NCBI GenBank assembly: GCA_040387795.1
Contig: JAZKDC010000017.1
Location: 486,157 to 550,156, forward strand
Reading direction: 5' to 3'
DNA: 64,000 nt
DNA from: Verrucomicrobiota bacterium
GTDB lineage: Bacteria > Verrucomicrobiota > Verrucomicrobiia > Verrucomicrobiales > V1-33
Positions within the stretch are counted from its first letter, which is position 1, and each line of letters begins with the position of its first letter. Below the pieces are notes generated by a model. It was not told where the DNA came from. It worked only from the letters and a program-made list of their open reading frames with translations, and searched no databases. Shown here piece after piece: positions 35,964 through 44,828 of the stretch. The translations under genes were made by a program, and so were the position numbers.

Positions 35964-36301
35964 GGGCTAAGTCGGAACGCTGGCAGGCAGGGCATCACCG
36001 TTTAATCACAGCACGGGGCGGTCCGAATGCAACCGGGACGCAGGCCGTGCCCGCCACGGCACGGTCGGGTTGGCGAAATGCCAGAATGGTCATCCGGGTT
36101 GCCGCAGATCGCGGCACGGGGGGCCCGGCCTTGCCAGTCTGGAGGAGGGTGGCCGGTGTATCGTATACAATTAATCTTCAGGGAGTTGCAGTCCGCCACC
36201 GGCGCCCGGGAGCGGCGCTGGCCCAAAGGTTGCAGATCAAAGGCGGCAGGCCTGCGGAATCTTTTGCAGCCTGCCATTCCAAACTACAACCCACCTGACC
36301 T

Positions 36302-36601
36302 ATGAAATCCGTCCTCCTCCTCACTGCCTGCGCCATTTTTGGCGTGGCCTGCGACCAAAAAACCGTGGTCCCCGTCTCTCCCACGAAATCCGTCGTGGTG
36401 GAAACACCCTCTTCCACCAACCTCTGGTGGAAAGGCAACTGGAATGTCGCCCAGGGCAAACTCAAACAGCAATATGCCGACCTGACAGATGACGATCTGC
36501 TCTACGCGGAAGGCAAGGAGGAGGAGCTTTATGGCCGCCTCCAGAAGAAACTGGGCAAAACCCGCGCCGAAGTGGAAAAGATGCTCAACGACCTGAAATA
36601 A
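36302..36601 (+). CDS. CsbD-family stress protein with lipoprotein signal
   Basis: [17 protein letters not shown] (lipobox). C-terminal [46 protein letters not shown] = CsbD motif. Confidence 0.8.
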   Translation: MKSVLLLTACAIFGVACDQKTVVPVSPTKSVVVETPSSTNLWWKGNWNVAQGKLKQQYADLTDDDLLYAEGKEEELYGRLQKKLGKTRAEVEKMLNDLK

Positions 36602-36642
36602 CTTCCCGCCCTTCCCCTGCCGCCCTCCGCTCCTGAATTGCT

Positions 36643-36804
36643 ATGAAAATAAGTTCAATCATCCTCGTGGCACTGGCCCTCGTGGCTGCAGCGTTCGGAT
36701 TCTGGGTTCTGGCAGGGGTCGCGGCCTGGGTCATCCGGGTGTTGGCCCTGATCTTCCTCGTGATGGCGGCGCTCTCCTTGCGGAAGCGCGCAGTTTCAAA
36801 ATGA
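36643..36804 (+). CDS. 53-aa two-helix membrane peptide (below the track cutoff)
   Basis: ATG at 36643, TGA at 36802-04: MKISSIILVALALVAAAFGFWVLAGVAAWVIRVLALIFLVMAALSLRKRAVSK. 41 nt after csbD. Hydrophobic-ORF evidence only. Confidence 0.4.
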   Translation: MKISSIILVALALVAAAFGFWVLAGVAAWVIRVLALIFLVMAALSLRKRAVSK

Positions 36805-37701
36805 GAGGCGGGCCGAAACCCCGACGAACGGCGCCGGGTCCATCCGGTCTTTGGCGAGGATTTCCTCGCGGTCGTTGCGCAGCGTGTACTCATGGAAGGC
36901 CACCCCGCCTTCCATTGAGAGGCTGAAGGAAGGGCTGGGTGTCCACTTCACGCCACCGGCGGCGCGGAAACCCTGGTCATCGAAGGAATCTGCTTCCGTG
37001 TTGGCGCGTGACTCCAACAGCGCGCCGCCGGGATCAAACTCTCCCCGGAGAAAAATCGACCAGACTTCAGTGACGTCATATTCCGCCCGCAGGTCGAGAC
37101 CGTAGAGGTTGATATCAAATTGCTCCGTCACTTGCCAGTCCAGGCCCAGCGCGGGGACCACGAGGGCGTCCTCGTTCAGGCGGGTGAGATAGAGTCCGCC
37201 CAGCCCGGCTTTCAAGGTGGGGGAAAAACGATAACTGGCCATGACCAGACCGCCGCCATTGAGGCTGTCGGAAAAAGAGGCGCCATCCTCCCAGGAAGCG
37301 CCGCCGAGCAGGCCAAAGGTGGCAGACCACGCCTCAGTCAGTTGACCATCAAGGGTCACCAAGGCGCCCACGTTCCAGGTTTGCAGGCCATCTCCGCCGA
37401 ACGGGTCGGTTTCGTAATCAGTGAAGCCTCCGCGCAGGACACCGATGATCCGCCAGTTTTCGCTGAGCGGAACAAACAGCGGCAGGGAAACCCGGGTGTC
37501 GAAAATATCGCCGCCCGGGCCCGCCGGGGACGGGTCGGAGAATTCAAATTGCGTGCTCAGGTCGAGGACCAGGGAGGGAGGGGACCCGGCGGAGGCTGCT
37601 GCGGGGGGAACCAATGGGGTGCCGGCCTGGAGCGCGGACAGGGTGGCGGCCAAGGTGAGGACAGGAGCCAGCCGGGAGAGGGGGGGGAGGGGGGAGTACA
37701 C
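36796..37701 (-). CDS. Putative outer-membrane beta-barrel protein
   Basis: Signal peptide, alternating amphipathic beta-strand pattern, Gly/aromatic-rich, C-terminal ...VSARLSF (terminal Phe typical of OMPs). Confidence 0.6.
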   Translation of the reverse strand: MYSPLPPLSRLAPVLTLAATLSALQAGTPLVPPAAASAGSPPSLVLDLSTQFEFSDPSPAGPGGDIFDTRVSLPLFVPLSENWRIIGVLRGGFTDYETDPFGGDGLQTWNVGALVTLDGQLTEAWSATFGLLGGASWEDGASFSDSLNGGGLVMASYRFSPTLKAGLGGLYLTRLNEDALVVPALGLDWQVTEQFDINLYGLDLRAEYDVTEVWSIFLRGEFDPGGALLESRANTEADSFDDQGFRAAGGVKWTPSPSFSLSMEGGVAFHEYTLRNDREEILAKDRMDPAPFVGVSARLSF

Positions 37702-37844
37702 GTCCCACCTACGCTTCCCATCCTGGCCGCGTCATGGAAAAAGCGCGGATTTATTTTCCGGCGGCCCGGGGGAGGGAAATGGCAGGGAAAGAGGGGCGGA
37801 TTTCAATCTTGACGGAGTTAGGGCTGAAGTGTCAGTTTCCCGGG

Positions 37845-39083
37845 ATGGAAAATAAATTCCGCCTTCTCCTGATCATCCTGCTGGTGCTGGGGGCAGGCCT
37901 CTGGTGGTCCTCCCGGTCTGGTGAGGGAGCGAGCCCGGCCGCCAGTCCGGTTCCACCGGTGGTGACGACCACCAAATCATCCCCGAAGCGGCCCGCGGTG
38001 GCCATGGCCCCGGACCGGAAACGGGAGAGCCCACCGGCCGCGCCGTCCAGTGAGGCTGCTCAGGAAATCGAACGGCACAAAGCGATCGACCGCGAACACC
38101 TGACCAAGCTCCGCACCGGCATTTTTGCCTACAAGGCGAAGTATGGGCGCTATCCGGAGTACCTGACCCAGTTGGTTCCGGAATTCGTGACCGCGGACAC
38201 CCTGATTTCCCCCCATAAAAAAGCCGATGCGCAGGATTTTGCGGACATGGACCACCCGGACCCCGGCCTGGAAAAACCCTCCTATGGCTACGAGTTCAGC
38301 AATCTGGAATTCCGCGATGGACGGACGTTTGCCGAAATAAAGGAAGTCCAGCGCGCTGAGTGGGGGGACGCCATCCCGCTGCTGCGCTGTTTTGCCTACG
38401 GGGAGGTCATGAACATGGCCTATGGCGGCGATGTTTATGTAACCGCGCTGAATTGGGAATGGGATGCCGCGACGATGGATCTGGTGGATAAATATGGCTG
38501 GGGCCCGGGCCTGAAATCCGGGGAAATGGTGAAGGTGCGGGTCACGGGTGCCGACGGCCAACCGGTGGCCAACGCCCAGGTCTGGGCCGATGGACGCAAC
38601 TACTCCTTCGACCTTCCCAACCGCCCCTTTGCCACCGATGCGGAGGGGTATGCCACCATCCCCGTGGGAGCGGATATTGACCGCACCTCGCTGGTGCTCA
38701 GGGCAGAAGCCCCCGGTCTGTCGAGCGCCACCACCCGCTATCCCGCCGGGGCGTTGCCCGAAGGCCAGTCGATACTGCTGGGAGCCACAGAGCAGGTGGG
38801 CGGGGTGGCGCTGGATGCCTCCGGCCAGCCCATGGCCAATAGCCGGATTTATCTTAAAACCGGCGGCGCGGAAAACAACGCCGCTGCCACCGTGACTTCT
38901 GTCAGGACCGACGATCAGGGCCGTTGGCAGGCCGCGGTGCATCCGCAGGATCTTCCGGGCTTGTCCGCCCAGATCGGCATCCCGGGCGGCATGCCCGTGA
39001 AATATTTCCCCGGGCAACCTCTCGATCCCGGTGCTGCCAAGGCCGGCACCGCAGAAGTCCGGTTGCCCGCGGCACCGCAGTGA
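37845..39083 (+). CDS. Membrane-anchored protein with two carboxypeptidase-regulatory-like beta-sandwich repeats
   Basis: Start at the ATG at 37845 (MENKFRLLLIILLVLGAGLWW). C-terminal VKVRVTGADGQPVANAQVWADG...TDAEGYATIPV and VALDASGQPMANSRIYL...TDDQGRWQAAV. Confidence 0.6.
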   Translation: MENKFRLLLIILLVLGAGLWWSSRSGEGASPAASPVPPVVTTTKSSPKRPAVAMAPDRKRESPPAAPSSEAAQEIERHKAIDREHLTKLRTGIFAYKAKYGRYPEYLTQLVPEFVTADTLISPHKKADAQDFADMDHPDPGLEKPSYGYEFSNLEFRDGRTFAEIKEVQRAEWGDAIPLLRCFAYGEVMNMAYGGDVYVTALNWEWDAATMDLVDKYGWGPGLKSGEMVKVRVTGADGQPVANAQVWADGRNYSFDLPNRPFATDAEGYATIPVGADIDRTSLVLRAEAPGLSSATTRYPAGALPEGQSILLGATEQVGGVALDASGQPMANSRIYLKTGGAENNAAATVTSVRTDDQGRWQAAVHPQDLPGLSAQIGIPGGMPVKYFPGQPLDPGAAKAGTAEVRLPAAPQ

Positions 39084-39308
39084 GGAGGACTGGCCGCCCA
39101 CCCACCATGCTCCACTGCTGACCCGGCAGGAACGGGAACCCCCGGCAAAAGCCCCTGCCATCCCCGCGCCAAATTCCAGCCGCACAGCAAAACCAATACT
39201 TTTGATTGAGTAGGCGCTCGATTTTAAACCGGGAGGCTTTCCGGATGGGGGATTGGCAGCCGGGTCTGGTACAAATACGGCTTACCCGTTATTTTACATC
39301 TACAGGCC

Positions 39309-40052
39309 ATGACCGTCTCCGTCCTTACCCTCACCCTCCTTTCCGCCACGGCCCTCGCTGTGCAAGCCGCCTCCATTGGAGTGAACTTTTCAGAAAACGA
39401 CGGCAACCAGTCCTGGCTGACCACCAACACCCCGGTGGGCCCTACTGCCATCCCCAGCGGCTTCTTCAATACCAATAACAATCCCACCGGCGCGGCAGGC
39501 CTGCCGGTCCGGACCGGGTCCCTCGCTGCGGGGTCCCTGCTGGGCCTGATGGACAGCACGGGCGCGGTCACTTCCGCCAGTGTGGTCTGGAGTTCCGCCA
39601 ATGCCTGGTACAACGCGAGCGGCACCGGATCAGACCAAGCCAGACTCAGTGTGGGATATCTCGACGATGGCGGCGCCGGGGCCAGCATCACCTTTTCCTC
39701 CATCCCCTTCGCCCTGTATGATGTGTATATCCTGCTGGGTTCCGATGCCGGAGACACCCACACCTCTGAAATCCCGCGGGTGAATGGCACCAACGTGCTG
39801 GCCGCTGATTTTCCCGCTTTCGGCAACCTCACCGGATCGGGCGGAGGCTGGATTGAGGCCGATGGCACCAACCGCGGCAATTATGTTGTCGCCCGCGGCA
39901 TCAGCGGGGCCAGTGTCAACATCACCGGCCAGAATAGCACCGCCAACCGCATCGGCATCAGCGGGATCGTCATCAACCAGGTCCCTGAACCCTCCGCCGC
40001 CCTGCTCGGTCTCGGCGCGCTGGCCGGCCTGATCGTCCGCCGCCGCCGGTAA
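39309..40052 (+). CDS. PEP-CTERM sorting-domain secreted protein
   Basis: Signal peptide MTVSVLTLTLLSATALAVQA. C-terminus VPEPSAALLGLGALAGLIVRRRR. Confidence 0.8.
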   Translation: MTVSVLTLTLLSATALAVQAASIGVNFSENDGNQSWLTTNTPVGPTAIPSGFFNTNNNPTGAAGLPVRTGSLAAGSLLGLMDSTGAVTSASVVWSSANAWYNASGTGSDQARLSVGYLDDGGAGASITFSSIPFALYDVYILLGSDAGDTHTSEIPRVNGTNVLAADFPAFGNLTGSGGGWIEADGTNRGNYVVARGISGASVNITGQNSTANRIGISGIVINQVPEPSAALLGLGALAGLIVRRRR

Positions 40053-40130
40053 TCCGGCTTATGGTCTACTGCGGTTATCTTGGACTTTTGGTTTCGCCGG
40101 TCGCGGTGCCCTGTAAAACGGGGCTGCGAA

Positions 40131-41903
40131 TCAGGGTCCGCCGATGAGGCTGCGGTAAACAGGGTCACCAAAAAAGACATAACCCTGCTCCGACAGGGGG
40201 GTGCCGGAAAGCAGCGCCTGCAGCAAACCATTGCGTTCCACCAATTTGGTATGGAGCACCGCCTGCCCCGGGTTTGCCATCAGGAGGAACGTCAGGCGGC
40301 CATCCCGGGCGGTGTGCCGGTGGAGCGGGCCCTCCACCTGCTCCGAAAAGGGAAAGGTTTTCCCCAGATCGTCCAGCATGGCGTGGCTGCGGCCCCACGT
40401 GCCGCCTTTTTCGCTGACAAACGTTTTTCCATTCAGCAGCGCCATGGAATCGTGGTAGGCGATCACCGTAAGGAACCGGTTCCCGCCGCCTGCCAACCAG
40501 GCCGTCAGCTTCGCGGCGTGACCCTTGGCCGCATCATAGGCATAGTTGCTGTCCAGAAAGGCGATCCGCTCCACGGCGCGGGGAATCTCCTCCAGACTGT
40601 CCAGATAACGGAAGATGAAGGCCCCGCCACCGCTGTGCCCGGTGAGCACCAGCTGGAGGGAAGGGGCGGCCACCGCCTGCCGCAGCTGATCAAGGATCGT
40701 GGCAATCCGTTTACCGCTGTCACCGTGCTTGCGGCACCACGCCGGCCAGGATTTTTCCGCGCATTCCACGTAGGCGGTCACCAGGGTGACTTCCGGCTGG
40801 TGAGCCCTCAGCCAGCGGGTCTGCGCGGCGATCTGTTGGAGGCCATGACGCCCGTCCCCGTCCGGAGCGGGAAGATGGCCCATGGTTTGTTCGATCGTAT
40901 TCCCGTTGGGCAGGGCATAGATGATCAACCGGACAGGGCGTCCTGGATCAGCGGCGGCCGGACGATTCACCACAACGCGCACCCCTGGTTCCGGCTCCAG
41001 GGTGAGGAGGGTCTCGCCAAAAGCCGCAGCCCGTTCGATTTCCGTTCTGACAGGGGCCGCGGGGGCAGCTGGGGAGGGCAGGGGTTCATCACTCAGAAGC
41101 CCCGCCGTTTTGGGATCGGTCAGGATCTGTTCCGCGGTGGTGTCGCGGCCGTTCAAGGTGACGGTTTTTCCGACCAGGCGGACGCCATGGCTGTAGTCCA
41201 CCCAAGTGTCGGCATGGCCGGTATACAGTGGCTGGATGGGTGTTCCGTCCGGCCGGTGCCAGCCATAGATCGCGACCTTTCCTGGAGTTCCGGCAAGGCG
41301 GGGGGTGGAGACGAGGTCCTTGTGGTGGCCGGCGGTGAGAGTGCCCCACGGATGGCCGGTCAGGACGGCCTGGCGTTGTCGGTGCACCGTTTCCTGATAT
41401 TCCAGAAAGGCCGCCACGGTGGTCATGTCGGGACCCGGCGGGCGGGGGGTGGGCGGCAGCTTCAGAGGCGCGGCAGCGTGGATCAGGTCCACCATTTTCC
41501 GGGTGGGCAGCACACAGTCGAGGCGGTCCGCGATCCGCCACGCGGTGCCGGGTGTGAGCGGGGTTTGGAAGAAATCCGCCTCCCGGCCTACCGCCAGATA
41601 GTCCGGGGAGACTTGCAGGATCAATTTATTCTCCCCCCCGGTCACCGTTATAGGCACAAACTGCCGCCAGAATTCCGGCACATTGCCTGACAGAATTTCC
41701 TGCTGCAGCACCGCCTCCCGTGCGGCGAGGTCCAATCCAGCCACGGCCTGCGCCACCGCCATGCCCCCGGGCGCACCGGCGGGACGGGCCGGCAGGTCAG
41801 GGGCAGCGTTGGCAACCTGACAGAACCACCACAGGCCCATCACGATCCTCGGCCTGGGTCGGCCATGACGGCGGGACCAGTTGAATAAAGGGGGCGGGCT
41901 CAC
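40131..41903 (-). CDS. Secreted two-domain protein: unknown His-rich N-domain + alpha/beta-hydrolase-like C-domain
   Basis: Probable signal peptide from the internal Met (MGLWWFCQVANA). N-domain motifs GHHKD, IYGWHRPDG, TGHAD, DYSHG. C-domain has a nucleophile-elbow-like LTGHSGGG plus IIYALPNG and IAFLDSNYAYD. Confidence 0.65.
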   Translation of the reverse strand: MSPPPLFNWSRRHGRPRPRIVMGLWWFCQVANAAPDLPARPAGAPGGMAVAQAVAGLDLAAREAVLQQEILSGNVPEFWRQFVPITVTGGENKLILQVSPDYLAVGREADFFQTPLTPGTAWRIADRLDCVLPTRKMVDLIHAAAPLKLPPTPRPPGPDMTTVAAFLEYQETVHRQRQAVLTGHPWGTLTAGHHKDLVSTPRLAGTPGKVAIYGWHRPDGTPIQPLYTGHADTWVDYSHGVRLVGKTVTLNGRDTTAEQILTDPKTAGLLSDEPLPSPAAPAAPVRTEIERAAAFGETLLTLEPEPGVRVVVNRPAAADPGRPVRLIIYALPNGNTIEQTMGHLPAPDGDGRHGLQQIAAQTRWLRAHQPEVTLVTAYVECAEKSWPAWCRKHGDSGKRIATILDQLRQAVAAPSLQLVLTGHSGGGAFIFRYLDSLEEIPRAVERIAFLDSNYAYDAAKGHAAKLTAWLAGGGNRFLTVIAYHDSMALLNGKTFVSEKGGTWGRSHAMLDDLGKTFPFSEQVEGPLHRHTARDGRLTFLLMANPGQAVLHTKLVERNGLLQALLSGTPLSEQGYVFFGDPVYRSLIGGP

Positions 41904-42062
41904 CTCCCGGCATTAATCCAAAAACGGCGGACCGGACAGGATAAATTACAGGTGCGGCGTAGCCGGCAGGAGCGCGTGTCCGGCTTTTCGGGATAAAAAT
42001 ACCCTGACAGGTTGCGGTTGCATAAAATCAATATCCGCTGGAAACGACATTCAGCATGTCCC

Positions 42063-44720
42063 ATGGAAGCAACGCTGGTTCAAAATAACCTGGTAGCCCG
42101 CAAAGCGGTGGAATTCCGGGTGCACAGTCTGCCGGCGGTGCCGCCGGCCCTGGCAGCGCTTTTCCCGGAAGTGGCCATCGGGGCTCCCCTCTCCCGCTGC
42201 GGCGCCCAGATGCTTTATGGAGCGCAGCTGCGGTCGGATGGGACCGCCTGTCTTGTATTGATAGTGGAAGCCGCCTCCTTCCGCGACGACCGTCACCGGC
42301 AACACTTCCTGGCGGGCCTGCCGCGGGTGCAGGCCATCCAGCATCCGCATCTCCTGAAGCTGCTCTGGATGGGGGAGCGCGGAGGAAACGTGTGTCTGGG
42401 TTACGAAGCCTTTGCCGGCGAATGCCTCTTCCCGGTGATGGATCGGTTTCTGATGGACCCACCCACCGTGGTCAGCATCACCGCCGCTCTCGGCGGAGCC
42501 CTCGAGGCCGCGCATGTTCAGGGCGTGATCCACCGGGATCTGAATCCTTCGTGGATCCTGATGGATGCCACGGGTGGCCTCAAGCTGGCCGGCATGGGGA
42601 TTGCGGCCCTGCTGCACGGGCCGGACGAGGCGTTCGCCAGCGTTTTGTTATGGCGTTCAGAGTATCTGAGATCCTATCCTGCTCCGGAACAGTTGAATCC
42701 GGCAGAGGCTTCGGATCACCAGGCGGATATCCATGCGCTGGGCATGATCACCTATGAATTGCTGACAGGAGCCCCGCCCGGGGGGTATGTCGGCCTCCCT
42801 TCGGCCCGGGCCGCGGTCGGGACCCATGTGGACCAGGTGATTTTCCGGGCCCTCCATTCCTCCCGGCCGGCCCGTTATCAATCGGCCGCTGAATTTGCCA
42901 GGGATGTGCAGTTGCTCTACGCCGCGCACCGCAATCAATACCTCCAGCAGGGACCGGCCCGGGAAAGTCAGGGCGGCGGCCCGGCCCCCCGCAAAAAGAA
43001 ACGGTTGCTACCCTGGCTGATCGCCGGAGCCGTGCTGGCCGTCATCGCTGCCTCCGGTTGGTGGTATCTCCACCCGGAAACCAGGGCGCGGGCCATGGCG
43101 GATGACGCGGAGAGCGAGGAGCAGATGAAGGAACTGGCGGCGGCCCTCTCAAAATCCCGGCCGGGCATGTCCAAGGACCAGAAAGAGGCCATCATGGCGG
43201 TGACCGGCAATCTCATGAGGCTGATGATGGAAAGCGCCATGGGAAGCCGGAAACTGGATCGGGGCACGGCGGCAGCCTGGCTGTTCATGCAGGCCGGCTT
43301 GGAGGACATGGCCTTGGAAGAGCTGTTGAAGCTGCAATTGGAAGCCCCTCCGGATTCAGTCGATTGGCGCCGGATCGAAGCCCTGATCCAGTTGATGCGG
43401 GGAGCGCGGGACGGATATGCGCCCGCCTGGGCAGCGGCCGATCAGGCCCGGCTGGCCAACGACCGGAGACGCGAACGGGCGGCCCTGGCCCGGGCGGCGG
43501 GATTCATTCCGAACCATGTGGGCCTGGCAGAAAGGGAACGGCAAAACGGCTATGATCCGGTGCCGGACCTCGAGGCCGTGCTCCGCCGCCTGCCCGGCGG
43601 GCCGGTAACTTATGCGGTCCGCACCCGGGGATTGATCCTGGAACTGGATCTGGCCCACAACAAAAACCTGACCAATCTGAGCGATCTGTCCGGTTTCCCT
43701 ATCACTCATCTGGACCTCAGTGGCACCGGGGTGGTGGATCTGTCGGCCCTCCGCGGGATGCCGCTCCATTCCCTGCTGCTGGACGATAGCCCCGTCCAAA
43801 GTCTCGCGCCCCTCGCTAATGGTTGCCTCGGATTGCTCACCGCCGAGGGCAGCCGGATTGCCGATCCGGAGCGCCTCGAAGCCTGCCCGGTGCTGGCGGA
43901 CTACCGGCTGACGGCCGCGGATGGCACCCTCTTCACCAAAACGGGCAGTCCTTCGTGGGACCGCCCATGGGTGAACTCGCTCGGCATGCAGATCCGCCCC
44001 ACCGCCTATCGCGGCACGGTGTTGATTTCCTCATGGGAAACGCGCGTCCAGGATTTCCAGCAGTTTGCCCGGGCGCACCCGGCGCCGGACGATCACGGCA
44101 TGATCGTGCAAACCCTGTCCGGGAAATGGGAGCGGTCCAAGGCGACCTGGCGGCAGGCCTCCCTGCCGAAAAACCAGACCGATCCGGTGGTGGGGATTAC
44201 CTGGCAGGAGGCAGCGGATTTTTGCGCCTGGCTGACGGCCAGTGAACAGCAGCAACGGATGCTTCCCGGCCGGGCCGCCTACCGGCTGGTCAGGAGTGGC
44301 GAATGGAACCAGGCAGCCGGCCATTTTTCAATCCCGCTGCGGGGTTCCTCGCCCCTCGTCACCAGCGGGCCTCTCTTCAGCTACGGCGGAAACCAGCCGC
44401 CCTCGTGGCAGCTTCCCTCCGCTGCGGCCATGGCAGGTCTGCGGTGGACCCGGCCCGCCCCCGCTCCGGCCGGCACCTTCCGCAGCCTCTTCGGCATCGC
44501 GGACCTCGGCAATCACGTCCGCGAATGGTCCAGCGAAGTGCCCACCGGAACCGGCGTCCTGCCCGGGGTGCATCTGGTGCGCGATCTTTCCCGCTCCGGC
44601 TCCCCGCCCACCGGCCGGTTGCCCACCGCGACCGGACAGGCCGAAGACCTGACCCGTTGGGAGGATCTGGGCTTCCGCATCGCCCTGCAACTGCCCCCGG
44701 TCCATGTCTTGGCAGAATAA
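42063..44720 (+). CDS. Ser/Thr-kinase-like (predicted pseudokinase) - LRR - FGE/SUMF1-domain fusion protein
   Basis: Kinase fold with HRDLNPSWIL (nt 42531..) and GMG in place of DFG (nt 42591-99); APE is retained. One TM (LLPWLIAGAVLAVIAASGWWYL). LRR-like LTNLSDLSGFPITHLDLSGTGVVDLSAL. C-terminal FGE-type motifs VVGITWQEAADFCAWLT, YRLVRSGEWNQAAG, GNHVREWS, GFRIAL. Confidence 0.8.
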   Translation: MEATLVQNNLVARKAVEFRVHSLPAVPPALAALFPEVAIGAPLSRCGAQMLYGAQLRSDGTACLVLIVEAASFRDDRHRQHFLAGLPRVQAIQHPHLLKLLWMGERGGNVCLGYEAFAGECLFPVMDRFLMDPPTVVSITAALGGALEAAHVQGVIHRDLNPSWILMDATGGLKLAGMGIAALLHGPDEAFASVLLWRSEYLRSYPAPEQLNPAEASDHQADIHALGMITYELLTGAPPGGYVGLPSARAAVGTHVDQVIFRALHSSRPARYQSAAEFARDVQLLYAAHRNQYLQQGPARESQGGGPAPRKKKRLLPWLIAGAVLAVIAASGWWYLHPETRARAMADDAESEEQMKELAAALSKSRPGMSKDQKEAIMAVTGNLMRLMMESAMGSRKLDRGTAAAWLFMQAGLEDMALEELLKLQLEAPPDSVDWRRIEALIQLMRGARDGYAPAWAAADQARLANDRRRERAALARAAGFIPNHVGLAERERQNGYDPVPDLEAVLRRLPGGPVTYAVRTRGLILELDLAHNKNLTNLSDLSGFPITHLDLSGTGVVDLSALRGMPLHSLLLDDSPVQSLAPLANGCLGLLTAEGSRIADPERLEACPVLADYRLTAADGTLFTKTGSPSWDRPWVNSLGMQIRPTAYRGTVLISSWETRVQDFQQFARAHPAPDDHGMIVQTLSGKWERSKATWRQASLPKNQTDPVVGITWQEAADFCAWLTASEQQQRMLPGRAAYRLVRSGEWNQAAGHFSIPLRGSSPLVTSGPLFSYGGNQPPSWQLPSAAAMAGLRWTRPAPAPAGTFRSLFGIADLGNHVREWSSEVPTGTGVLPGVHLVRDLSRSGSPPTGRLPTATGQAEDLTRWEDLGFRIALQLPPVHVLAE

Positions 44721-44828
44721 TCAGGATGCCGCTCCGGACGGGAATCACGGTCCGGGCATGCGGAAAATGTCAGGACCATCACAAAGTGTTCTTGTGTTAT
44801 TAGCGCAAACCAGGCAGGGTGGGTGGAT

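Noticed and set aside
35924-35975. T-box riboswitch in the leuA leader (GGTGGC resembles part of the T-box sequence)
   Set aside because: The 14-nt T-box consensus (AGGGUGGNACCGCG) and the specifier-loop architecture are not present. The resemblance is limited to a few nucleotides.
35995-36093. 32-codon ORF (MTILAFRQPDRAVAGTACVPVAFGPPRAVIKR) in the leuA leader as a possible attenuation leader peptide
   Set aside because: It contains a single Leu and no run of regulatory Leu codons, and it has no obvious ribosome-binding site.
34037-36298. 753-aa plus-strand ORF covering leuA and its leader
   Set aside because: It is antisense to leuA, which has unmistakable 2-isopropylmalate synthase motifs, and it runs on through non-coding leader DNA.
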